Assembly: GCA_021787475.1 (NCBI GenBank)
Contig: JAJYLW010000011.1
Location: 2,741 to 66,740 of the forward strand
DNA: 64,000 bases
Direction: 5' to 3'
Source of the DNA: Actinomycetes bacterium
Lineage (GTDB): Bacteria > Actinomycetota > Thermoleophilia > BMS3ABIN01
A model generated the notes under the pieces. The model worked only from the letters and a program-made list of their open reading frames with translations. It was not told where the DNA came from and searched no databases. Both the position numbers and the translations under genes were made by a program. Shown here piece after piece: positions 37,540-46,978 of this stretch. How positions within the stretch are numbered: position 1 is the first letter of the stretch; each line of letters opens with the position of its first letter.

Positions 37540-38478
37540 CTATGGCTTGGAAGGCCAGTATTGCGTTTGGTTGTCATCATTGACAGCGTTGGCGTAGACC
37601 GTTGTATAAAAAAAGCCGACTCCGCCTGGTACTTGATACACCAGCGTGAAGTTGGTGGAACCGCCTTCGGCCACATCGCCCAAATTAAGCGGCATCGGGG
37701 TGGCCACGCCAACGCCGTTCGTTGACAGGACCTGCGAAATATTCAAACCATTCGCAGTACCCGAACCGCTGTTGGCGATGGAGAAGTCCACTGACAGCTT
37801 CCCGGCATTGTAATCACTAAGGTTGGCCCAGTAGATATTGCCGCGGTTCAGCCCGAGAGCTGCTGCGCCGCTTAGATACCAAGCTCTGCCACCGTGGCAG
37901 CCGTAGCAGTCGCTGGGGCCGATATTGGCGTTATTAACATACGGCGCCTTGCTCGCATGCTGGCTCTGCCAGTCAGAGTGGCAAGAAATGCAGTCCTGCG
38001 TTGCCCAGGCGGGGTCCATCGTCGCCGGGAAAGGACTATGGCATTTTGCACACAAACCGATATCAACCTGCCTCCGGACAGAAGACGCGGATTCCTCCCT
38101 GACGTCCACCGACTGGTGGCAGGTAGTGCACGTGAACGAGAGCAGGTTTGAAGTCAGATGCGCCTTGTGAGGAGCGTCGTAATATTGATTGTGAACGGCA
38201 TCGAACAAAGACTGGTCGTCGGGGCTGCTGACCTTGTCTCCGTGGCAGCTGATGCAATCGGAGTACTGTTGAATGCCGGCGTTGGTATGGTAGTCAGCCA
38301 CATCCGAATGACATGATACGCACTCGGAATAGTTGTAATGTGGGGCGTCCGGTGCAGCCGAAGTAGCATACAGAACGCTTGCGCCAACAGCAAACACAAA
38401 GATTATCGTCAGGGCCACTATAACAGCGGCCCTTTTCTTCAAGATGGCGTCCTTTGCCTTAAAGATCAATTCCTTCAC
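37540..38478 (-). CDS. Hexaheme cytochrome c with C-terminal beta-sandwich domain
   Basis: Six CxxCH motifs (CVSCH, CISCH, CTTCH, CAKCH, CISCH, CYGCH); N-terminal signal/anchor. Confidence 0.92.
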   Translation of the reverse strand: MKELIFKAKDAILKKRAAVIVALTIIFVFAVGASVLYATSAAPDAPHYNYSECVSCHSDVADYHTNAGIQQYSDCISCHGDKVSSPDDQSLFDAVHNQYYDAPHKAHLTSNLLSFTCTTCHQSVDVREESASSVRRQVDIGLCAKCHSPFPATMDPAWATQDCISCHSDWQSQHASKAPYVNNANIGPSDCYGCHGGRAWYLSGAAALGLNRGNIYWANLSDYNAGKLSVDFSIANSGSGTANGLNISQVLSTNGVGVATPMPLNLGDVAEGGSTNFTLVYQVPGGVGFFYTTVYANAVNDDNQTQYWPSKP

Positions 38479-38895
38479 CTCCCGGTAAATTCAACTCTTT
38501 TAATTGCTGCAGAGCCCGTAAGCTCATATCCCGCATAGTTCGTAGCTTTTGAAACCCTTTTCCTTTAGCTGTTATCCACCTCCTCACCATTGGGATCGTA
38601 CGACCCGTTACCCGCAGCCCATGAATTGCAAATGCGCGTGTTTCGATTTTCACAATTCAGCACTTTTGTTCTCATTATGTCACTGATTATCACAATTAAT
38701 CTTAAAATGGGATTCAATAGTACATTTCTTAAATTGAATTTACTATCAGGGAATTCCCTGATTTTTACCCCACCTAGGTATATTTCGCGATATTAATAAC
38801 AGTTGGTCTTGATATTGTCAAATGATGTGGATAATATGCACAGTTGATGCGGTCATAGCCGCGGGCATATAAAAGCACATAGCAAAACCAAGGAA

Positions 38896-40416
38896 ATGAA
38901 AATGTTGGGAATGATAGATGCAAAATCCGCGAGAACTTGCATCAGGCGCCTGGTGACGCCATCGTTATTCATTATTCTGCCGTTGATAACACTCTTTCTA
39001 TTACTGCTGATAACAGCACCGGCGCGGTTATCCGCCGCCAGCAGCGAGTACGATTACTACTTTCCTTGGTACGACAACAATGCCGCCTGGGGGATGAACG
39101 GTGACTGGATCCTTATCTCCAACCGCGGCACGGGCAACGCAGATGTAAGCATCGAAGTAGTCGGGAAAACAGTGGCTTTATTTGACGCCGCTCATGACAC
39201 CGCTCTCGCGCCTGGCGTCCATGTCGAGTGGCACTCGCCAACCACTCTTACAAACGGCCCGGTGAAAGTAACGTCGACGAACGGCGAGCCCTTGAACGTC
39301 AGTCAGCGTGTGCTTTACAAAGATTCTTTCCAGGAGATTAATTCCGTACCCGGCATGGGGCTGGAAAGCGACTACCTCTTTACCTGGTATGACAATATCG
39401 CTGCCTGGGGCATGAATAGGGACTGGATCTGCGCAGCAAACACAGGCGACAAGCCCACCATGATTAATATCTACGTCGGCGACGTAACCGACAGCGCCAC
39501 GCCGGTGGCAGCGCTCGGCCCGCTGGCGCCGGGCCAGCATATTGAGTGGCAGTCGCCTGCGCGCCTTGCCAACGGCCCTGTCAGAGTAGCGTCCCCGTCG
39601 GGCGAGCCTTTTCTTGCCGGCCAGCGGTCGCTATTTAAGGACAGTTTCGCCGAAGTCCCCGGGGTGGCGGCTTCAAAACTGGGCGCGGGAGCCGTGTTTC
39701 CCTGGTATGACAAACAGTCAACGGGGATGAACGGCGACTGGGTGCTGGTGGCCAATAAAGATGATTTCAATCCGGTCCGCGTTCAAATCAGCATCGGCGG
39801 CGAGATTATGAATGACCCGCAAAATCCCGGCAACAATTTCTTTGTAATTGCCCCCCGGGGCCGCATTACGCCCCAGTTCCCCGGACGCATGGGAGGGCCG
39901 GTATACGTCACTTGCCAGGATTGCAATCAGGGCGAGAAATTGATTGTAAGTCAGAGAACAATATTTAAGGATTCCTTCCACGAAGAGGACGGGATTCTCC
40001 TCGAGCCCGCCGGCACCTTCGGCAGCAGCACCTGGACCTATCCCATTCCCGTGCCCGGACCGGGCCAGACAATACCATGGCAGCCATCAAATGATATCGG
40101 CGCCGACGCCTGGTTCAACTGGTATGACTCCAAACCGGCCGACAATATGGCTGGCGACTGGATTTTGATCGCCAACCTGGGCGGTACGCCGGCCGATGCC
40201 AACATTACCATCGGTGGTACAAGTATGATCAATCCGGCGACCGGCAATACTCACTTTCCCATCGGGGCGGGAAGCATCATAACGCCTCATTTCGCCAACC
40301 TGATGAAGGGGCCGGTCTTCGTCGGCTGCTTTAATTGCACCTCCGGCCAACTCCTGCTCACCAGTCAAAGGGTTATTTACAAGAACAGCTTCAACGAACT
40401 GGCAGGAACGCCGTAA
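38896..40416 (+). CDS. Secreted protein made of four WYD repeats
   Basis: Signal peptide; four WYD...DW[IV]...GPV...[SG]QR...SFxE units. Confidence 0.85.
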   Translation: MKMLGMIDAKSARTCIRRLVTPSLFIILPLITLFLLLLITAPARLSAASSEYDYYFPWYDNNAAWGMNGDWILISNRGTGNADVSIEVVGKTVALFDAAHDTALAPGVHVEWHSPTTLTNGPVKVTSTNGEPLNVSQRVLYKDSFQEINSVPGMGLESDYLFTWYDNIAAWGMNRDWICAANTGDKPTMINIYVGDVTDSATPVAALGPLAPGQHIEWQSPARLANGPVRVASPSGEPFLAGQRSLFKDSFAEVPGVAASKLGAGAVFPWYDKQSTGMNGDWVLVANKDDFNPVRVQISIGGEIMNDPQNPGNNFFVIAPRGRITPQFPGRMGGPVYVTCQDCNQGEKLIVSQRTIFKDSFHEEDGILLEPAGTFGSSTWTYPIPVPGPGQTIPWQPSNDIGADAWFNWYDSKPADNMAGDWILIANLGGTPADANITIGGTSMINPATGNTHFPIGAGSIITPHFANLMKGPVFVGCFNCTSGQLLLTSQRVIYKNSFNELAGTP

Positions 40417-40500
40417 AGCAGGATCATTAAGTAAGAATCTGCCTCAAAGGGCTATCGTGCGAGGCTGAGCGAAGGCCATAGGCGACGCCAATTTGAAGAG

Positions 40501-41268
40501 CTAGGGCGCTGTTTGCCCTGCTATCTCCCGCCGCAGCTGTGCCAGTTTGCTCCTGCTAACCGGTATCCTGGACCGGCGGGCGTCGTTGAGCTCCACAAGA
40601 TACGATCCGCGCTTTAAAGAAAACAGCTTGCCAGCTTTGGCCAGGTTGACAATGAAGCTTTTATGCACGCGCATGAAGCCCTGCGGTAGCTGGCTTTCAA
40701 CCTGGCTGATGTTGCGGCGCAAGACATATTTGTCATCATTCGTATGAAGATAAGTGTTATTCCTGTCCGCCGCCGCAAAAAAAATACTGGCAAGATCAAC
40801 AAAAATTGTCTCTCTTCCTTTGCGGGCCATTATCTTGCCGCCGTCCGGAGAAGGTGCCGGCTGCCGGGCCGCCGCCCGCTTGGCGCCGGACCGCTCCAGA
40901 GCGACCTTGACGCGCGCCGCCAGCTCCTTGACGCTGAAAGGCTTGGTAATATAGTCCTCCGCCCCCAGTTGAAACCCCAACAATTTCGAAATCTCTTCGC
41001 TCTTGGCCGACAGAAGGATTACCGGTATGCCTCGGGTTGCAGGATCGTTTTTAATGTGCGAAAGGACTTCCCAACCATCAACCTCGGGCATCATAATATC
41101 GAGGATAATGGCGTCAGGATTTGCGGCTTTGATCTTGGCCAAAGCATCCCGTCCGCTCTGGGCGCATTCAGTCTGATATCCTTCGCTCTCGAGGTTGAGG
41201 CAGACTATGTCGCAGATCCCGGGTTCATCATCAACAACAAGAATCTTCTTGGACAACGTCATTTCCAT
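40501..41268 (-). CDS. Response regulator, REC plus LytTR
   Basis: VVDDE, LDIMMP, KPF; FMRVHKSFIVN, IPVSR. Confidence 0.9.
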   Translation of the reverse strand: MEMTLSKKILVVDDEPGICDIVCLNLESEGYQTECAQSGRDALAKIKAANPDAIILDIMMPEVDGWEVLSHIKNDPATRGIPVILLSAKSEEISKLLGFQLGAEDYITKPFSVKELAARVKVALERSGAKRAAARQPAPSPDGGKIMARKGRETIFVDLASIFFAAADRNNTYLHTNDDKYVLRRNISQVESQLPQGFMRVHKSFIVNLAKAGKLFSLKRGSYLVELNDARRSRIPVSRSKLAQLRREIAGQTAP

Positions 41269-41298
41269 TCTTTCACCGCCTCCATCACTGTATTCAAC

Positions 41299-42834
41299 TC
41301 AATTAACAATAATATCACTGATTGTCTTTGCTCCGGCATCAGTCTCGTCCCTGTCAAGAACAGGCAAAGGCAAAGCAATGGAAAAAACTGTTCCCTTGCC
41401 GACGCGGCTTGCCACGCTAATAACCCCCCCGTGGCCCTCGACAATTCCTTTGGCAACGGCAAGTCCCAGGCCCATCCCCGGATGTTTGCGGGTTGTGGGA
41501 CTTTCTACTTGATAAAACGGCGTGAACAGGTATCTTAACTCTTTCTTGGGAATGCCGGTGCCCGTGTCGGAAATTTCAACGATATCCTGACGTTTTTTTG
41601 CATCGAAATAGGCATGAACCTTCACTGTACCGCCCTCTGAAGTAAAATCAATCGCGTTGGCGACCAGATTGTGAAACACCTGGTGCAGGCGAGTCTCGTC
41701 GCCGGCCAAGTGCGGTAATCCGTCGGGAATGTCCCTTTCAAGGTTAAGCTTGCGCTCGGAAGCCTCCAGGGCAAATTCATCAATCACGGCATCGAGCACC
41801 TTGCTCAAAGCCAGCTCCTGCCGCTCGACGACGAGGCTTCCCCGTTCAATTAATGAAAAATCGAGAGACTTGTCAACAATATCGGACAATCTGTCCACGC
41901 TGTCCATGACCAGGGCCAGTTTTTCTCGCTGCCTGACATTTGCTTTCCCCAGATTCCCGGCCAAAATGGTTTCGATGTAACCCCTGATTAGAGACAAAGG
42001 GGTCTTCAATTCATGGGACACCACAGCGATGAACCCGGATTTCATGTGATCCAGCTCGCGCAGCTCCTTGTAGGCCTCACGAATGGCTTTGTAATTTCGC
42101 TCTAGTTTCTCATAGGCCACCTTCAGTTCTGATTGGCGCTCCTTAAGGATCTGCGCCATATGATTGAAATCCTGCGACAGTTCGCCCAGCTCATCTTCAG
42201 ACCTAACCGGTATTTTAAAATCAAGATTTCCTTCAGAAATCTGTTTAGCGCTGGCGGTCAAGCTCCGCACCGGCTTCACGATCATTCGCATGGCCACAAA
42301 CGCCATTACTGCAGCCGAAGCGACAATGACAATTAAAAGCAGGCCGGCCAAGGAGAGCACCACCGCCAGAACATTGCTCTTGATGCGGCTCAGGGAAACG
42401 TACATATCAACCCTGCCGAAATTCCTGCCATTAATTGTCAGTGGAACGCTGGTTTTAATCATTCCCGCGCTTTCAGCCGGGGTCTGACTGCCTGCCTGGC
42501 GCGAAGAATGGATCAGCAACTTGCCTGCGGTGTCATAAACTCCCACGTAAACAATTTCCCGCCTTTCGTCCCGCGCCAACACACCGTCAGTGCTGTCCTG
42601 CAAGTCAACAAAATCATTTGTCAACAGATCGGGAAGAGCAGTACCCGCTAGCGTGTTGGCAATTTCCGTTGACGAATTGACCTTTTGATCTACTAGCAGC
42701 GAGTTCATCCTTTCCGTTCCCAGCCCTGATAGCAAGACGCCGGCAAGCGCCATTGTGAGCGAGAGAATAATTACGACCTTCTTGCCCAGCCCAAGGTTAT
42801 TAAAATAATTCCTGAGACGGCGAAAAATAGTCAC
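41299..42834 (-). CDS. HAMP-HisKA-HATPase sensor kinase
   Basis: Two TM helices, DELGELSQDFN, VSHELKTPL, NLVANA, DTGTGI, GMGLGL. Confidence 0.92.
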   Translation of the reverse strand: MTIFRRLRNYFNNLGLGKKVVIILSLTMALAGVLLSGLGTERMNSLLVDQKVNSSTEIANTLAGTALPDLLTNDFVDLQDSTDGVLARDERREIVYVGVYDTAGKLLIHSSRQAGSQTPAESAGMIKTSVPLTINGRNFGRVDMYVSLSRIKSNVLAVVLSLAGLLLIVIVASAAVMAFVAMRMIVKPVRSLTASAKQISEGNLDFKIPVRSEDELGELSQDFNHMAQILKERQSELKVAYEKLERNYKAIREAYKELRELDHMKSGFIAVVSHELKTPLSLIRGYIETILAGNLGKANVRQREKLALVMDSVDRLSDIVDKSLDFSLIERGSLVVERQELALSKVLDAVIDEFALEASERKLNLERDIPDGLPHLAGDETRLHQVFHNLVANAIDFTSEGGTVKVHAYFDAKKRQDIVEISDTGTGIPKKELRYLFTPFYQVESPTTRKHPGMGLGLAVAKGIVEGHGGVISVASRVGKGTVFSIALPLPVLDRDETDAGAKTISDIIVN

Positions 42835-43748
42835 TGGATTACGTGCGCCTTAACCAGATTTGCTTCAAGGCTGCCAACAGAGTTATAGAGGGACTTGTCA
42901 ACGGGAATAAACTTTTCTATCCCCAGTTTTGATAAAATCTGTTTCCCCTGAGGATCTTTGTCCATCCCCGTCAGAACGCTTAACAACTGGTTCCGCAGTT
43001 CGCGGGACATGCCTGGGCGGGTTACCAGGGGAGGGGAACCAAAAGGCGGCGATTCCTCGATTATATCGAGCCCGCTGACGCTGGCCGGATCATTGGCTTT
43101 CATGTAATCATATATGTAGCTGTCGACGGCGACGCCATCGACAACTCCTTCCTTGAGCGCCTTGATGGAATTATCATGATTATTTGCAACTATGATATGG
43201 CTAAAAAAAGCGCCTGGCTGATAACCCAGGTCAACGACGCGGGATTCCGGGTAGAGAGTGCCCGTGAGCGAAATAGGATCACTAAAAGCAAAAGGGTGGC
43301 CGCGCAACTGCTCAAACTTACTGATGCCGCTGCCGCTGCGGGTGACGATATAAGAGTAATATAGGGGTTGCCCATTAACTACGGGCGCTACCAAGGGAGA
43401 CAAATGGAGTTTGTCAAAGGCCTTGATATAGCCGCCGGAACAGAGGATGGCAACGTCGGTGTCTCCGCGCGCCAATAAGTCATTTACTTCTGAATAACTG
43501 CCGGTCTGCTGCAATACCGTCGGATGCCCCGTTTTTTTGGCAATATAATCAAACAGTTGCGAGTAAACCGAATAAGACTCCTTGGGAGTAAACATGCCAT
43601 CGATGGATATGCGGATTTCACTAGCGGCAGCAACAGAGTCTGCGGTGTGCGTCGATGCTCCTCCGTTGTTAGCGCAGGCTGCAATCGAAAGGGCAAGCAA
43701 TAAAGCAGCCAAAAGGGAAAGCGCCAATCTGCGAGGCGAGAGGTACAC
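42831..43748 (-). CDS. PhnD/AioX-like oxyanion-binding lipoprotein
   Basis: Lipobox IAAC; DVAILCSGGY, YYSYIV, FSDPISLTG. Confidence 0.8.
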   Translation of the reverse strand: MYLSPRRLALSLLAALLLALSIAACANNGGASTHTADSVAAASEIRISIDGMFTPKESYSVYSQLFDYIAKKTGHPTVLQQTGSYSEVNDLLARGDTDVAILCSGGYIKAFDKLHLSPLVAPVVNGQPLYYSYIVTRSGSGISKFEQLRGHPFAFSDPISLTGTLYPESRVVDLGYQPGAFFSHIIVANNHDNSIKALKEGVVDGVAVDSYIYDYMKANDPASVSGLDIIEESPPFGSPPLVTRPGMSRELRNQLLSVLTGMDKDPQGKQILSKLGIEKFIPVDKSLYNSVGSLEANLVKAHVIQ

Positions 43749-43895
43749 CAGAAAAACCCCTATTTAAGAATGGTCCCAATGCCAATCATAACGTATTCTT
43801 TTTATTTGGTACAGAATTAATCACAGTTCCTCATGACTGGGGCAAAAGAGCTAAAAATCATTCCCTCCCCGCAACTATTGTAAATTATTTGTCAA

Positions 43896-45284
43896 ATGTT
43901 AATACCCAACCTCGCAGATGAGCTCGACCTTAAAATTGAAAGCCTAGCTTTTGGAGGGCGCGGTGTGGCCCGGCGGGACGGATTTGTTATTTTTGTTGAC
44001 GGCGCCCTGCCGGGAGACCTTGTGCGCGCCCGGGTGACCAGGTCCAGGCGTTCTTTTGCCGAAGCCCGCAGCGTGGAGCTGCTTAATTCTTCAAACTCCA
44101 GAATCCCTCCACGTTGCCGCCACTTCGATTTGTGCGGCGGCTGCATGTGGCAAACGCTCACATACAAAACCCAGCTTGAGTTCAAACAGCGGCAGGTCAC
44201 CGAATGCCTGTCGCGTATTGGCGGGCTTTCGGGAGCCGAAAGCGAGGAGCCCCTGGAGGCCGCCCGCCGATGGCGCTACCGCAACAAGGTTGAATTTTCC
44301 TTTGCCGATAACGGCGGCGGCGCGGTTCTCGGATTCCACCCCCCGGGGCAGTGGCGCCGCGTCTTTAACGTGGACGATTGCCTGCTCCATTCGCGGGTAA
44401 CCAACCAGATCCGCAACCACGTCCGGGAGTTTACCCGCTCAAGCGGCAATAAAGTTTATGATCATGACAGCGGCAGCGGATTTTGGCGGCACCTCGTCCT
44501 GCGTGAGGCAATTAATACCGGCGAGATCATGGTGAATGTTGTGACGGCGCCAGGCCGGTTTCCGGACAGAGACGAGTTCATCAGCAGCCTTGTGTCCGCG
44601 TTCCCGCAGATAAAGTCGCTGATCTGGAGCGTCAACGCCACCCGGGCCTCGGTCGCCACCGGTTTTCCATTTGAAGTCCTGGCCGGCCGCGGTCACATTT
44701 CTGAGGAAATGTGCGGCCTGAAGCTGAAAGTATCACCAGACTCTTTTTTACAGACAAATACGCTGATGACCGAGCGGCTGTACGGGAAAATGCTCGACTA
44801 TGCCAGCCCCCGGGCTGACGAGGTCGCCTTTGACCTTTACTCGGGCGTCGGCTCGATCACGCTGCTGCTTGCCGGGCGCTGCCGCCGGGCTTACGGAATC
44901 GAAATTAACGGGAAGGCTAGCTGCTTGGCCGCGGAAAATGCGCGTGTAAACGGGCTGGGAAACGCCTTTTTTATGCCTGGCAAAGTCAGAACCGTGCTTA
45001 AAAAGTTAATTGAGGAAAACGCGGCGGGGGGAAAGGGGCTGGCTGGCTTGGTTGTGCTTGATCCGCCCCGCGCTGGCGCCAGTAAAAAAGAGATTGAGCG
45101 CATTATAAGTCTCGGGGCCGAGAGACTCGTCTATGTTTCTTGCAACGCGGCGACAATGGCGGCCAATGCAGCCCGGCTTGCCGAAGGAGGCTACCGCCTG
45201 GCGCGCGTGGGCGCTGTTGACATGTTTCCCAACACGCCCCACATTGAGGCGGTAGCCAGGTTTGACAAGGAGGGGGCGGCTTAG
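43896..45284 (+). CDS. rlmD: 23S rRNA m5U methyltransferase (TRAM plus TrmA family)
   Basis: CRHFDLCGGC, YRNKVEF, DLYSGVG, LDPPRAG, YVSCN, DMFPNTPH. Confidence 0.92.
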   Translation: MLIPNLADELDLKIESLAFGGRGVARRDGFVIFVDGALPGDLVRARVTRSRRSFAEARSVELLNSSNSRIPPRCRHFDLCGGCMWQTLTYKTQLEFKQRQVTECLSRIGGLSGAESEEPLEAARRWRYRNKVEFSFADNGGGAVLGFHPPGQWRRVFNVDDCLLHSRVTNQIRNHVREFTRSSGNKVYDHDSGSGFWRHLVLREAINTGEIMVNVVTAPGRFPDRDEFISSLVSAFPQIKSLIWSVNATRASVATGFPFEVLAGRGHISEEMCGLKLKVSPDSFLQTNTLMTERLYGKMLDYASPRADEVAFDLYSGVGSITLLLAGRCRRAYGIEINGKASCLAAENARVNGLGNAFFMPGKVRTVLKKLIEENAAGGKGLAGLVVLDPPRAGASKKEIERIISLGAERLVYVSCNAATMAANAARLAEGGYRLARVGAVDMFPNTPHIEAVARFDKEGAA

Positions 45285-45355
45285 AAGGATTCACCCCTGC
45301 AAGCGGCAAATAACTACCTTGCCGGGCAAGGCGCCGGAACCCCGGTTCGGGCGCC

Positions 45356-46030
45356 TTGCTGGCCGGCCGGGGCCGGCAATTTCGGACGACATGGGCTCCG
45401 CCGCAAAGTCTACTAGAGGTTGATTTGTCGAGGCCTGAAGACAACTTGTATGACAAACAGCTTTCCCGCGCTATTTCTGAAATAAATGAACTCTGCCGTG
45501 AGTTGACGCATTGCCAGAAATGTACACATGGGCCGGCGGTTCCTGTTATTGGATCCGGCCATCCCCTGGCGGATATATTCCTGGTAAAATACCACACCTT
45601 GCCGAGTGAGACATCCGAAGGAGTGGCTTTTTTCGGCCGCGCGGGCGAGGCGGTGATGAAAAGCTGCCAGAAGCTTGGCATTGACTCTCTGATTCTCTAC
45701 GGAACAAACATTATTAAATGCGCCAGCGTGCCGGAAGAAGCGGCGCTCCAGCACTGCCCGCTTTACCTAGTGAGGGAGCTGATGATGGTCCAGCCAAAGA
45801 TGGTCGTGATTATGGGCGAGAATTCGCTGGCGGCGTTCAACCGGCTGAACTTTCCGCTGGCTCAAAAAATTGAGTTCGAACCAGGCAAAGTTCAGCCGTT
45901 GACGCCGACGGCGGAAGCCCTGGTAACACCGGAAATTGACACCTCCCTGAATGACCAGCGTCAGAAGACAAGTTTTTGGAGGGCCTTCAAGGTTCTCGGC
46001 GAGTGGTACGAGTCACTACCACCATATTAG
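45356..46030 (+). CDS. Uracil-DNA glycosylase family-4-like protein
   Basis: CQKC, GVAFFGRAG, TNIIKC, CPLYL, QPKMVVIMG; start probably about 45446. Confidence 0.7.
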   Translation: MLAGRGRQFRTTWAPPQSLLEVDLSRPEDNLYDKQLSRAISEINELCRELTHCQKCTHGPAVPVIGSGHPLADIFLVKYHTLPSETSEGVAFFGRAGEAVMKSCQKLGIDSLILYGTNIIKCASVPEEAALQHCPLYLVRELMMVQPKMVVIMGENSLAAFNRLNFPLAQKIEFEPGKVQPLTPTAEALVTPEIDTSLNDQRQKTSFWRAFKVLGEWYESLPPY

Positions 46031-46072
46031 ATCCTGTCCCGGCAGGTTACGCCTGCTGGGATAGCTCTTAGG
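46027..46072. repeat. MITE/REP-like hairpin overlapping a TAG stop
   Basis: CTGTCCCGGCAGG-TTACG-CCTGCTGGGATAG stem, with TTAG at both ends. Confidence 0.6.
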
Positions 46073-46182
46073 ACCCACCCCGAGGGAAACGTACCCCATT
46101 TACCCGGCGCAGAGCCAGTTCGAAAGGAAGCACGATCCGAAAACCGAACCTCGATTTAAACCGGGAGCTGTCGACCGCGCTC

Positions 46183-46893
46183 GTGTTTGCCTGCCTGATA
46201 ATAATCTCCGCGGCGGCCGACCTCATCCTGGCCAAGACCGGAACGGTGGCGTCCGGCACCGACGCCGGCCTGGTGCTTGTTTTTGCAACCGGGTTTCTGA
46301 TTGCCTGCGCTTTGGCCTCCAGCCTGTCTTTTCTGGCCGTGCTGGGGCGCCGGCTTTTACTTTTGGCCCTTCTTTCCGGCGCCGCCTCCGCGGGAGCAAT
46401 TGTCGCTGGCTGGGGAACGGCTGAAATGCTGGCGAAGCTCATTTTTGCCATCAGCGCCGGTTTGTGGATCGGACTAATGCTAACCTCGATCGGCCAGGTC
46501 TTGCTGATAAGCGGGCTGATTATAATTGTTGACTTTTACAGCGTCTTCCTAGGGCCGACAAAAAAAATCATCGAGAGCGGAAGCAATTGGATTAATTACC
46601 TTACCATCAATCTGCCCGTTTTTGGGGAGCCGGCAATCTCCCGTCTGGGGATCAGCGACATGATCTTCTTCTCCCTGTTCATTGCCAGCACCTTGACCTA
46701 CCGGCTGCGCCGTACTATTACTGTTCTGGCAATGACTGCTTCGTTTATCGGCACGATGGTTGCAGGCGTATTATTGGGCAGAGGAGTGCCGGCGCTGCCG
46801 CTGCTGTCTGTTTCTTTCATCCTGTCAAATGCCGACCTGCTTTATCAACGTTTTCTGGAAGAAAAAAACATGGGCGGAAGAAAAGAAATGTGA
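46183..46893 (+). CDS. Polytopic membrane protein (A22B/DUF-like, unassigned)
   Basis: Multiple TM helices; VDFYSVFLGPT, LGISDMIF, VPALP. Confidence 0.6.
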   Translation: MFACLIIISAAADLILAKTGTVASGTDAGLVLVFATGFLIACALASSLSFLAVLGRRLLLLALLSGAASAGAIVAGWGTAEMLAKLIFAISAGLWIGLMLTSIGQVLLISGLIIIVDFYSVFLGPTKKIIESGSNWINYLTINLPVFGEPAISRLGISDMIFFSLFIASTLTYRLRRTITVLAMTASFIGTMVAGVLLGRGVPALPLLSVSFILSNADLLYQRFLEEKNMGGRKEM

Positions 46894-46978
46894 CAAATAT
46901 AATCCTCGTATCGTCATCATTTTTTCTGATTATCCAGCGTGAAGAGGATGATCAGTCAACCATAACCTGAAAAAAGCC

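Noticed and set aside
38640-38800. LytTR or ModE binding sites in the divergent promoter
   Set aside because: Short repeats (TCACAATT, CTTAAA) lack the expected spacing and there is no clear ModE palindrome.
38572-38834. oriC from DnaA boxes
   Set aside because: Only one perfect TGTGGATAA (38826-38834) and one mismatched box; no cluster and no dnaA nearby.
42831-43748. Phosphonate ABC transporter
   Set aside because: No permease or ATPase adjacent; the gene overlaps a sensor kinase, consistent with a sensing role.
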